A stretch of DNA of 64,000 nucleotides from an uncultured Alphaproteobacteria bacterium (GCA_944392795.1 CALXXX010000006.1:18485-82484); one strand, 5' to 3'; counted from the first letter of the stretch, positions 18,503-27,445 are shown. Notes: a model not told the origin generated them from the letters alone. Made by a program: numbers and translations.

Positions 18503-19966
18503 ATGATATTTGAAAACATACGAGATTATTTCCTTTTTTTTGAAGAAAAAATTTTACCTGAATTAAAGCAACATTCATATCAATCACCTAAAGGATACCA
18601 TGGTTTAGAAACACATACTTATCAGGTTGTCTTTCGCGCCATAGATTATGCTTTTCAACTTCATCAAGATCCTATGCCTGTTTTATTTGCCGCCGCTTTA
18701 CATGATTGTGCTCGTATAGATGACAGGTATGATGTGGAGCATGGTTTAAAGGCATTACCTTTAGCACGTCAAATTTTAAATCGTTTTCGAGAAGTTATAT
18801 CTCCTTCAAAGGATGAGGCTATTTTACGAGCTATTGCTCAGCATACCACGGGGCATCAACCAGTAGATTATATCAGCGCTTGTTTATGGGATGCAGACAG
18901 AACTCGTTTATCTTGGGAAAGGGGATTTGATGCTTCTTATTTTTCAACAGAGTATGCTAAAAAAAGAGCTTCTTCAGATCCAAGAATTTATTTAAATTAT
19001 CAAGCTCAAACTTTGAATAAAGCTTTCGAAGATCGTGAGGGCGTTCTTGTAGATTTTAAATCATTGATTAGAGACATTCATATTCAATCAGAAAAAACAT
19101 TTTGTTTACGTCATCAATATATGTTATGGGGGCGTCGGCAGCCTTTTAAAAATTTAGGTATCGTTGAAGATTTAAAACGTTTTTTGACAAAAGGGGTGCT
19201 TGTCGGTATAGACGGATTTTATTCATATCTTTGTTCCAGTCGGATAGAGGAAGATATGAATCCTGAAAAAATATATTTATTTTTTAATCTTCCTGAGGCA
19301 AAATTACAAGCACCTTTTTTTCGTTTAGATCATACAGCATGTGAAATAGATTTGGACAAAAAAGGGATAGAGAGTTTCTACTTAATGAATCAATATTTAC
19401 TCACAGATTTTTTACCTTGTTTGCAAACCGGTCTTGTTCGAGAAGGGTGGCAGGAAATAGAACCGATTTCTCTTAATTTTGATAAATGGGAAAATATGAT
19501 TTATCGTATTCCAGAGGAAGCTAAGATTACAGCTATTCGTCTCAGAAATAAGAAACCGTATTATTATCAATATTTACTTGAAAACAAAAAGAAAGAACAA
19601 TATATCTTTGAGCCGGAACAGCATTTGATGGATGGTTTTTCTCATAAGGTGGCAGTTGCTATAGAAGACGCTTTATTTGGACGGGCTGAGAACTTTTCAA
19701 AAGCTTATACGGATTTTATTCAAAATAAAATAATGCCTCTTGTAGAAAAAGAAAATTGGACTTGTGCTCTTGTTTTTCGAGGTCAGCAATTTCCTGCTCC
19801 GGAACGTATTATATATAAGGGATATGTTTTATTTGATAACAGCATTGATAGTTGTTTAGAAGTGGCAAATAAAATAACGCCGGCTTTTTTAAAACAAATA
19901 GAAGAAAAAAATATAATACATCATCACCAACTTCAGTTAGATTTAAAGGAGCATTCAAGAAGTTAA
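18503..19966 (+). CDS. HD-domain protein with a ~330-aa C-terminal region of unknown function
   Basis: N-terminal H...HD...H...D pattern (HGLETHTYQV, AALHDCARIDD, HTTGH, WDADR). Confidence 0.5.
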   Translation: MIFENIRDYFLFFEEKILPELKQHSYQSPKGYHGLETHTYQVVFRAIDYAFQLHQDPMPVLFAAALHDCARIDDRYDVEHGLKALPLARQILNRFREVISPSKDEAILRAIAQHTTGHQPVDYISACLWDADRTRLSWERGFDASYFSTEYAKKRASSDPRIYLNYQAQTLNKAFEDREGVLVDFKSLIRDIHIQSEKTFCLRHQYMLWGRRQPFKNLGIVEDLKRFLTKGVLVGIDGFYSYLCSSRIEEDMNPEKIYLFFNLPEAKLQAPFFRLDHTACEIDLDKKGIESFYLMNQYLLTDFLPCLQTGLVREGWQEIEPISLNFDKWENMIYRIPEEAKITAIRLRNKKPYYYQYLLENKKKEQYIFEPEQHLMDGFSHKVAVAIEDALFGRAENFSKAYTDFIQNKIMPLVEKENWTCALVFRGQQFPAPERIIYKGYVLFDNSIDSCLEVANKITPAFLKQIEEKNIIHHHQLQLDLKEHSRS

Positions 19967-19967
19967 A

Positions 19968-20333
19968 ATGTATGAAGATATTTTAAGAAAATTATCTCAA
20001 TCTTCATTTCGTAATCGTTTTCACTTGAGTGATCAGGATAAACAGTATGTGCGTCAAAAAGGAATAGAGACAATTCGAAAACATGCACAAGATTTTATTC
20101 AAAAACGAATTGCTCCTGAAGTTATTTTAAATGATGGGAAACAAACACCAATGCGTGGTCATCCTGTTTTCGTTGCGCAGCATGCAACGGCAACTTGTTG
20201 TCGAGGCTGTATTGAAAAATGGCATTATTTTTCAAAAGGATATCTTTTGACTGAAAAAGAGCAAGAATATCTCATCGGTTTAATTATGCTTTGGATAGAC
20301 CGACAAATGCTAGAAGAAAAAAAACAATCATAA
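19968..20333 (+). CDS. Small Cys-containing hypothetical protein (DUF4186-like)
   Basis: 121 aa with CCRGC...WHYFSKGY. The ATG overlaps the upstream stop. Confidence 0.5.
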   Translation: MYEDILRKLSQSSFRNRFHLSDQDKQYVRQKGIETIRKHAQDFIQKRIAPEVILNDGKQTPMRGHPVFVAQHATATCCRGCIEKWHYFSKGYLLTEKEQEYLIGLIMLWIDRQMLEEKKQS

Positions 20334-20341
20334 ATATCTTT

Positions 20342-22156
20342 TTAGTTTTTTTCCTTATGTAAAAAAGAATGCCATAAGTTTATTTCTTTTTTTATGTTTT
20401 CGTTTGCTGTTTCTTCAAACATATTTTTGAAAAAAGGTGTTTTATAAAGAGGAGACATGTTTTGAAGTTTTTTTAAGACTTCTAATCTTTTTTTTGAAAA
20501 AATTTTAATGGGCACATTTTTAAATTCTTCCCGAATTTTTTGGACATATAAAAAATAGCCGTTATGTGTTCCTAATATACTCAAATTTATATCGAAAATA
20601 ATTTTTTGTAATAACGTTGTTAGTTCATTTTTTTCTTGAACGTTTGTCGAATAAATTAAATCTGATAAAAGTTTTAGACTATCTTTTCCATATTCTCCTT
20701 TTTTTAAAAAATCCACAGCTTTTTTTGCTGAGATATCTTTATTGTTTAAGTCGTAATCATGGTAAAAAATGGCTGTTTTTAGCAAAGCGCGTTCTTTCGC
20801 TTTTAATGAACTAGATAAGCTTTCAAAGATTTGAAGGAAGTTAAACTGACGAGCCACATGCGATAAAGTATGATAAGACCTGTTTTCTTGATAGGCTAAA
20901 ACGAGTTCTTGAAAGCTGTCTGAAGCAGTCGAAGATGGAATTTTAAAAAAAGAACATAAATTAAAAAATTCTTTTTGAAGGTATTTTTCCATTAAAGCTT
21001 CATGAACTGTCGGGAAGATATATTCTTCTGCAACAATATATTCTCCACTTTCACAAAGCATTTTTGTATCGCTGGAAGAGATATGAGCTAAAATTTGTTG
21101 ATTGTCCGGCGTTAAAGTAAAAGCGCCGAGTTCTTTATTTCTTACGCTAAGGAGCTTTTGGTTAATGGTTGTTAATCTTGCTTCGTATTCGTGATCGTTA
21201 GTATTGCGTTCGCCTCGTAGAAGTGTGTTCGCGCCTACTTTTAAAGCGGCATCAATAGTCATTCCTTCATAAGCGACAACTTCTAATACTTCAGGTTTTT
21301 GTTTTAATTTGAGATAAGCCAATTTTTCTGTTTCAGAGAAGATAATATTATTAAGCTCTCTCATTTCATAGGCTTTTTTAAAATCGTCAATAGTTTGATG
21401 AATTAATTTAACTCTTTCCGGAGGAGAAAAAAGTGTTTTTTTATCAGGATTAACGCCGATACCGACATAAACTTTATCACAATGATGGATTGCTGCACAA
21501 ATTAGATTCCAATGCCCTTTTGTCATAGGATCAAAAGAACCTGCGTAAAATCCAATTAAAGGTTTATGATAATTGCTTTGAATAGAAGTCAGAATGGCAT
21601 CCAGTTGATTATGTAGTCCTTCAAGTGTGTCTGATAAAATGAGATAAGTTGATTTTTTCTTTTTTTCTTCCACTGACATTTGTTTCTGAAGAAGAGTTTC
21701 ATATTTTTCTTCTGTCATTCCAGGTCGAGCTAATGCGCGTCTTTTTTGTTCTTTTGAATCAATATACAGACAAACAGTGCTGTTGCATAAACGATCTAAT
21801 TCTGTTTCAAAAAGTAAAGGCGCATCAATAACAACAAGAGGTATATTTTTCTTGCGGAAAGAGTCTAAAGCTGCTTGTATTTCATGCATCACATAAGGCA
21901 TTGTCATGTCTTCTATTTTTTTTAAAGCTGTCGGATGGCTGAAAACGAGATGTGATAGCTTTTGTCTGTCTAATTGGTTATTTGTAAAAGCTTGTGGAAA
22001 AGCTTCAATCAGCTCTGTTTTTAACAAAGGATGATTTGCTTGCAATTCATGGACAAGAGCATCGCAATCAATAATTGGGCATCCTTTTTCTTTTAGATAA
22101 GTACTGGCAGTTGATTTTCCTGAAGCAATTGAACCTGTTAGACCAATGATGTGCAT
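20342..22156 (-). CDS. Tri-domain fusion: dephospho-CoA kinase (CoaE) + phosphopantetheine adenylyltransferase (CoaD-like) + C-terminal HD-like domain
   Basis: Residues 1-195 carry the CoaE P-loop GLTGSIASGKST. Residues ~198-370 carry CoaD motifs GSFDPMTKGHWNL, ERNTNDHEYE and ISSSDTK. Residues ~375-604 carry HTLSH...IFYHDYD. Confidence 0.7.
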   Translation of the reverse strand: MHIIGLTGSIASGKSTASTYLKEKGCPIIDCDALVHELQANHPLLKTELIEAFPQAFTNNQLDRQKLSHLVFSHPTALKKIEDMTMPYVMHEIQAALDSFRKKNIPLVVIDAPLLFETELDRLCNSTVCLYIDSKEQKRRALARPGMTEEKYETLLQKQMSVEEKKKKSTYLILSDTLEGLHNQLDAILTSIQSNYHKPLIGFYAGSFDPMTKGHWNLICAAIHHCDKVYVGIGVNPDKKTLFSPPERVKLIHQTIDDFKKAYEMRELNNIIFSETEKLAYLKLKQKPEVLEVVAYEGMTIDAALKVGANTLLRGERNTNDHEYEARLTTINQKLLSVRNKELGAFTLTPDNQQILAHISSSDTKMLCESGEYIVAEEYIFPTVHEALMEKYLQKEFFNLCSFFKIPSSTASDSFQELVLAYQENRSYHTLSHVARQFNFLQIFESLSSSLKAKERALLKTAIFYHDYDLNNKDISAKKAVDFLKKGEYGKDSLKLLSDLIYSTNVQEKNELTTLLQKIIFDINLSILGTHNGYFLYVQKIREEFKNVPIKIFSKKRLEVLKKLQNMSPLYKTPFFKNMFEETANENIKKEINLWHSFLHKEKN

Positions 22157-22168
22157 CTTTTTCTCCTT

Positions 22169-22681
22169 TTAAAAATTTTTATTTTGAATTTGGCACATAA
22201 TCTTTTCTGCCGCTTCTTTCGCTGAGATATTTGAAACATCAATGTGCTCTGTTTTCATATCTTGATATAATTTCTGATAGGCTAAGCTGCGTTCTATAAT
22301 ATCTTTGGTACGATGTCCAGCTTGAATTTCTTTTTCAAGTCTTGAACAAAGAGCTTTATCAGAGCAGGTGAGGGTAAAACGATATTCTTGAAAAGATAAA
22401 TCTTTTAGAGAACTGATGATTGTTTCAAAGATAATTTCATTCGGAATAACCCAAGAAAATATGACATATTCAAAAGAATCATTTTTTAAAAAAGAGCGCA
22501 ATAAAAAACAAATGTTTTCCATAACCATAGTTTTATTTTTTTCTGTCACTTGAAAAGGAGACATATCCCAACACCAGTCTCCGTCCAGATAAACAGAAGG
22601 GGTTATTTTTTGTTTGAGTAATTTGGATGTTGTTGTCTTTCCGACACCCATTGTGCCATTAATAAAAATCAGTTTTTTCAT
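22169..22681 (-). CDS. P-loop NTPase/kinase, TmrB/chloramphenicol-phosphotransferase-like (AAA_33-type)
   Basis: Walker A INGTMGVGKTTTSK. The protein is 170 aa. Confidence 0.55.
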   Translation of the reverse strand: MKKLIFINGTMGVGKTTTSKLLKQKITPSVYLDGDWCWDMSPFQVTEKNKTMVMENICFLLRSFLKNDSFEYVIFSWVIPNEIIFETIISSLKDLSFQEYRFTLTCSDKALCSRLEKEIQAGHRTKDIIERSLAYQKLYQDMKTEHIDVSNISAKEAAEKIMCQIQNKNF

Positions 22682-23211
22682 CTTAATATTTTACTAATAT
22701 GATATTCGTCGTGCCATTCGCCATTTATAAAAGCGACTTCGTGAAAAAGGCCATCAATTTCAAAACCTTGCTTTAAGTAAAGATTGATGCCACGTTTGTT
22801 TGTGGAGCGGACCAGTCCTTCAATACGATGCAAGTTTTGTTTACGAGCCCATTCTTCTATCTTTTGCATTAAATAAGTTCCAAGCCCTAGGCCATAATAG
22901 GCTTTAAGGATCGAAATTCCAAAAGAGGCGTTTCTGCCTGTCCATGGGTGTCCAGGTTTGTTGATTGCAATGGATATTTGACCAACAATTTCACCATTTT
23001 CTGCAAAAGCGCTTAAAAATAAATTTGTCGGTAATTCATAGATTCTAATAGAATTTTCTTTATCCCGATAAGGTTGTCCAGGATATTGATTAGTAAAAAC
23101 GGTTTCTTTTGATAAACGATCTAAAAAGAGCATAACAGCCTCATAGTCTTTTGCTTGAGTTTCTCTAATAATTAGTTTTTCACCGTTTTTAAGCGTAAAA
23201 AATTCATTCAT
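22678..23211 (-). CDS. GNAT-family N-acetyltransferase (RimJ/RimL-like)
   Basis: GNAT core EIVGQISI...RNASFGISILKAYYGLGLGTYLM. Its stop overlaps the kinase start (ATGA). Confidence 0.65.
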   Translation of the reverse strand: MNEFFTLKNGEKLIIRETQAKDYEAVMLFLDRLSKETVFTNQYPGQPYRDKENSIRIYELPTNLFLSAFAENGEIVGQISIAINKPGHPWTGRNASFGISILKAYYGLGLGTYLMQKIEEWARKQNLHRIEGLVRSTNKRGINLYLKQGFEIDGLFHEVAFINGEWHDEYHISKILR

Positions 23212-23222
23212 TTTATTCCTCC

Positions 23223-24122
23223 TTAAAAGATATGAAATAAATCAGCATATTGAAATGAAAGACCTATCATAAAATTGCTACCAGTTACAGATGCTCCGCG
23301 CGCTTTTCCGAGCCGATATGAAACATAGGGAGCTAGTGCTAATGTTTGAGTTATGCTGACATCCATTCTGGCTTTAACATTTAAATCATATTTTAAATCT
23401 GTCGCTTCATATTGGCTAAAGCTAAAATATGGCCTAAAATAACCTTCTGCAGCGAACTTAACGCCTTCTCGAATAGGATAATTTGCTCTAAAGCCGATTT
23501 CCGCAGCAGATTTGTAATTCGTCGGGCTATACGTAAAATCAGATTCACCGACCATGGCAATATATAGCTCTTCCAGATATTGACCATTAAAGAGTTTGAG
23601 ACCTCCCTTTAAACGAGCGACTTTATTACGAGGTGCATCTTGATTTGCAGTAAACTCAGTTTGAAAACCAATGCTGGCAAATGGACCTAAATCCGCTGTT
23701 TGGACTTTCCAAAGCTTTTGAGCTAAATCTGTCGTTACTAAAATTTCATCCGCATCTTCATTAGATGTTTTTTCTCCATTAGCTTTTTTAATTTTTGTTT
23801 TCCCATACTCCATATATAGGCCATTATTCCAAGTAAAATGATTTTGTTGATATTCTAGAACAAAATCAAAAACACCATTGATTTGCATTTCACTGTCAGC
23901 GTTGAATTCGCTAATGGGAGAATCTTGATATTCCTCTGCATGACTAACACTGGTATTAGAAAACTCCAAGGCAATTCGGCGAAAATTAGCTTTTAAAGTC
24001 GAAGGGGTATCTAATTTTTCGACAGGCTTTATATCAAGAAAAGAGTTTTCCTGAGCGGAAAGGGGAAGAGTAATTAAAAAAAAGCTCAGTATTATTCCTA
24101 TTTTTTTTCCAATTATCATCAC
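23223..24122 (-). CDS. Outer-membrane beta-barrel protein with signal peptide
   Basis: Signal peptide MMIIGKKIGIILSFFLITLPLSAQ, alternating amphipathic beta-strands, and a C-terminal ...FQYADLFHIF ending in Phe. Confidence 0.6.
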   Translation of the reverse strand: MMIIGKKIGIILSFFLITLPLSAQENSFLDIKPVEKLDTPSTLKANFRRIALEFSNTSVSHAEEYQDSPISEFNADSEMQINGVFDFVLEYQQNHFTWNNGLYMEYGKTKIKKANGEKTSNEDADEILVTTDLAQKLWKVQTADLGPFASIGFQTEFTANQDAPRNKVARLKGGLKLFNGQYLEELYIAMVGESDFTYSPTNYKSAAEIGFRANYPIREGVKFAAEGYFRPYFSFSQYEATDLKYDLNVKARMDVSITQTLALAPYVSYRLGKARGASVTGSNFMIGLSFQYADLFHIF

Positions 24123-24260
24123 TTAAAATCCTTTTTTATAAAAGTTCTTCTAGCGTATCTGATAATATTTTTTTTGACAAGAAATTTAATCAAAAATACT
24201 ACGATTTATTGATTTTTGTTTATTTTTTTGTTAAAATGCTTTTTACATATGGAGATTAAA

Positions 24261-24914
24261 ATGACACCAGAAAAAGCAATGCTAGAAGAAGTACAGGAAG
24301 CCGAGGTTATGCAGGAATTGTTAAATAAATTAGCTGAAATACCTCGTCGTGGTTGGGTTTTAAGAGGAGTTCAAAATCCGGAGAATGTGGCAGAACATTC
24401 ATTAGGTGTTGCAATGCAAGCCATGATGTATTGTTCGCGTGACCTTAATGCAAAGCGAGTACATGAGTTAGCTCTTATTCATGATTTGCCAGAAATTTAC
24501 GCAGGTGATGTAACGCCGCAAGATTGTGTCTCAAAAGCAGAAAAAGAAGCCGCAGAAAGACAAGCGATGGAGCGTATTATTCACGAAACAGGATGTACAT
24601 ATTTAATGCCTTTGTTTGAGGAGTTCCTAGAGCAAAAAACGCCAGAGGCTCATTTTGTAAATGATATGGATCGTTATCAGTGCGTTTTACAAGCAGAATA
24701 CTATGATAAAAATAACTTAGCTTCTCAGGAACTTGTTCCAGAATTTTATGCTTATGCAAACACTAAAATGAAAACGTCTATTGGAAAAAGTTTAATGGAA
24801 ATGTTCTATCGCCGGTGGGAACCTCAAGCTCAACAACGTCGTATTCTTCGTTCAAAGTGGCATGGAGGCGTTGTCTGTATCGCAGGTCAGCTAATAGAAT
24901 TAGCAAGAGATTAA
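24261..24914 (+). CDS. HD-domain hydrolase (YfbR-like 5'-deoxynucleotidase family)
   Basis: RRGW...ENVAEHS...HDLPE motif pattern. The start MTPEK is preceded by the RBS ggag. Confidence 0.6.
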   Translation: MTPEKAMLEEVQEAEVMQELLNKLAEIPRRGWVLRGVQNPENVAEHSLGVAMQAMMYCSRDLNAKRVHELALIHDLPEIYAGDVTPQDCVSKAEKEAAERQAMERIIHETGCTYLMPLFEEFLEQKTPEAHFVNDMDRYQCVLQAEYYDKNNLASQELVPEFYAYANTKMKTSIGKSLMEMFYRRWEPQAQQRRILRSKWHGGVVCIAGQLIELARD

Positions 24915-25276
24915 TCTTTCTTCTTAAATTCTAATGCACTTGAATTGATGCAATAGCGATTTCCTGTCGCAGTGGGACCATCAGGGAAAAGATGTCCGAG
25001 GTGTCCTTTACATTTTGCACAGGTTACCTCTATTCTTCGCATACCCAAAGTTGTGTCTTCATGAAATTCAACACTGCCAGGAAGGGCTTCATCAAAGCTT
25101 GGCCATCCACAGGATGATTTGAATTTAGCCGTTGAACTAAATAATAAATGACCACAGCCGGCACAATAATAAAATCCATTTTCATTAAAGTTGACATATT
25201 TTCCCGTAAATGGTCGATCAGTTCCTTTTTCTCTTAAAACATAATATTGTTCTACAGTTAGTTTCTTTTCTCTCAT
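24911..25276 (-). CDS. msrB: Peptide-methionine (R)-S-oxide reductase MsrB
   Basis: CAGCGHLLF, CxxC zinc motif pairs, and RYCINS. Confidence 0.9.
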   Translation of the reverse strand: MREKKLTVEQYYVLREKGTDRPFTGKYVNFNENGFYYCAGCGHLLFSSTAKFKSSCGWPSFDEALPGSVEFHEDTTLGMRRIEVTCAKCKGHLGHLFPDGPTATGNRYCINSSALEFKKKD

Positions 25277-25302
25277 AATTTACGCCTTTCTAATCCAAGT
25301 TC

Positions 25303-25782
25303 CTATTTAGCATGACAATGACAACCACTTGCTTTTTCCAAGTATTTTTGATGATATTCTTCTGCTGGGTAAAAAAGATCTAATTTTTCTACACTTGTTA
25401 CAATAGGACGCTTAAAAGAATCTTCTTTAGAGAGTTCTTGAATCTTTTTTAAAGCAATTTGTTTTTCTTCTTCCGTACGATAAAAGATTGTCGAACGATA
25501 TTGAGTGCCATAGTCGGCTCCTTGACGGTTAAGAGAAGTTGGATCGTGAATTTTAAAAAAAATGTCAAGCAACTCATTAAATGAAATTTGTCTTGTATCA
25601 TAGATAATTTCTACAGCTTCAGCATGACCTGTTAAGCCTGAACAAACTTGTTCATATGTTGGATGTGCTAAGTTTCCTCCAGTATAACCGACTTGTGTTG
25701 AGATCACTCCAGGGATTTTATCGAATTCAGCTTGAACTTTCCAAAAACAACCCGCAGCAATAATAAGTGTTGATAAAATCAT
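25303..25782 (-). CDS. msrA: Peptide-methionine (S)-S-oxide reductase MsrA
   Basis: GCFW active-site motif close to the N-terminus. The start MILS is preceded by the RBS gggaggg. The longer listed ORF is an unsupported extension. Confidence 0.85.
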   Translation of the reverse strand: MILSTLIIAAGCFWKVQAEFDKIPGVISTQVGYTGGNLAHPTYEQVCSGLTGHAEAVEIIYDTRQISFNELLDIFFKIHDPTSLNRQGADYGTQYRSTIFYRTEEEKQIALKKIQELSKEDSFKRPIVTSVEKLDLFYPAEEYHQKYLEKASGCHCHAK

Positions 25783-25952
25783 TTTTCCCTCCCTTATAAA
25801 AGAAATAGGATATTTGTTAGAAAATGCTACTATTAAAACAAAAATAGGAAAATAATCCTTGACTTTTTTTCTGAAGCATGCTATACCCATTTTGTTTCTA
25901 GGGTAGACCTGTGTCTTGTGACACGGGTCTTTTTTTATGAAAAGGAGGAAAA

Positions 25953-27152
25953 ATGACCCAAGAAGGAACTCAAGTAACGACACCTCAAATACAATATGTT
26001 GGAGATGGTGTTCAGACAAATTTTAGCTTTTCCTTTCAAATCTTTGAAGAAAGTAATTTGAAAGTTTATTTAGGGAGTGTTTTACAACAAAAAGGCTATA
26101 CAGTTCAGAAGGAAGAAGAAAGTTTAGGGGGAACAGTTATTTTTAATGAAGCTCCGGTATCTGGTGAGCTTATTACTTTAGTACGAGAGCTTGATTTAGA
26201 GCGGACAACAGATTTCGCTTCCGGAGGCGTTTTACGAGCTGCTGATTTAAACTATGAGTTTGATTATCAAATGGGATGTTTGCAACAATTATCTTCTGGA
26301 TTGAGCCGTTCTTTATTGTTGCCTGTTTTTGAAAATAAAGAGGGGATTGATTTTAGCTTACCAGCACCTGAGGCTAATAAAGCTCTTGTCTGGAATGCAC
26401 AAGGTAATTCGTTGATGAATAGTCAAGTTGAAATAGGGAATTTAGATGCTTCTCTTACTCAGGCAGTATCAACAGTTTCTGATTTGGCTGAAGAGGTCAG
26501 TCAAATGAAAGAAAATGCTCAAGAAGCTGCAACGACAGCTACGACGCAAGCAGCAATAGCGACACAGAAAGCACAAGAAGTTCAGCAGAACTTCTCTAAT
26601 TTATATCCTTTTCATGTCAATTCGAACAGTTGTGATTTAAATAGCTTAACAGCCTCAGGAATTTATGAAGTGATAGCTTCGGCGCATTATCCTTTAGATA
26701 CAGGATATTATCATGTTGAGGTATATGTTCCGTCACAAGGTAATATAGTTCAGACAGCTTATGCAGTTGGTGCAAGTATGGGAGGGTATCCAGCTACTTA
26801 TCGTCGTCGTTTTATAAACAGTGCTTGGGAAGATTGGCTTCAGATTTCTAATGAAGGAATGGGGAGTCCTTCAGGGCAAGTGATTAATATTTCTGTAGAA
26901 AGTGCCGGAGAACAACATGTTTTAAATTCTCCTGCAAATGGATTTTATTGCTTGATAGGTTTATCAACTGCAGCTTCTCAGGAAGTTTATTTGAGTAATT
27001 CAGTAAATGGTATGGCTGTTTTAAGCTCTGCAACAGCTCCATCTAAGAATCTCGCAATTTTCTTGCCGGTCTCAGCTAATCAAAATGTGCGCTATTTATA
27101 TACAACAGCAGGTACAGTGACATTGAAATTTATTTATGCGAAAGGAGTTTAA
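25953..27152 (+). CDS. Phage T7 gp17-like tail-fibre protein (N-terminal tail-attachment domain plus a divergent C-terminal domain)
   Basis: N-terminus QYVGDGVQTNFSFSFQIFEESNLKVYL...TDFASGGVLRAADLNYEFDYQ parallels T7 gp17 YQLDGSNRDFNIPFEY...VDFTDGSILRAYDLNVAQIQ. Confidence 0.65.
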   Translation: MTQEGTQVTTPQIQYVGDGVQTNFSFSFQIFEESNLKVYLGSVLQQKGYTVQKEEESLGGTVIFNEAPVSGELITLVRELDLERTTDFASGGVLRAADLNYEFDYQMGCLQQLSSGLSRSLLLPVFENKEGIDFSLPAPEANKALVWNAQGNSLMNSQVEIGNLDASLTQAVSTVSDLAEEVSQMKENAQEAATTATTQAAIATQKAQEVQQNFSNLYPFHVNSNSCDLNSLTASGIYEVIASAHYPLDTGYYHVEVYVPSQGNIVQTAYAVGASMGGYPATYRRRFINSAWEDWLQISNEGMGSPSGQVINISVESAGEQHVLNSPANGFYCLIGLSTAASQEVYLSNSVNGMAVLSSATAPSKNLAIFLPVSANQNVRYLYTTAGTVTLKFIYAKGV

Positions 27153-27153
27153 G

Positions 27154-27441
27154 ATGTATTATATTATTGATGAAAAAGGACAAATAAAAATGTCTGCAGA
27201 TTTTCGTTTTTCAGAAAACTGTATAGAAACAGAAAAAAATATTGTGACAGGTTTTGATGGAAAACTTTATTTTGAAGGAGAAGAACCTGTAAAACCAGAG
27301 CCAACTTATATTGAGCTTCGGCAGGCGGCGTATCCTCCTATTTCTGATCAGTTAGATATGTTATATTGGGATGCAGTAAACGGGACGACGATATGGAAAG
27401 ATACAATTTCAGAGATTAAAACACAATATCCTAAAAGTTGA
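27154..27441 (+). CDS. Small hypothetical protein (95 aa), possible tail-fibre partner or chaperone
   Basis: The start MYYIIDEKG is preceded by the RBS aaaggag. It is followed by a terminator at 27446-27476. Confidence 0.45.
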   Translation: MYYIIDEKGQIKMSADFRFSENCIETEKNIVTGFDGKLYFEGEEPVKPEPTYIELRQAAYPPISDQLDMLYWDAVNGTTIWKDTISEIKTQYPKS

Positions 27442-27445
27442 AGAA

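Noticed and set aside
16495-24914. Calling the tRNA-Pro-adjacent region a bona fide genomic island or mobile element.
   Set aside because: No integrase and no obvious direct repeat of the tRNA 3' end at the far boundary could be identified by eye. It is reported as a finding needing comparative genomics rather than as a mobile_element feature.
25953-27441. Prophage or integrative element around the tail-fibre gene.
   Set aside because: No integrase, terminase, capsid or portal genes and no att-like direct repeats were found in the window. Only the fibre and one small ORF are phage-like, so it is called an orphan module rather than a mobile element.
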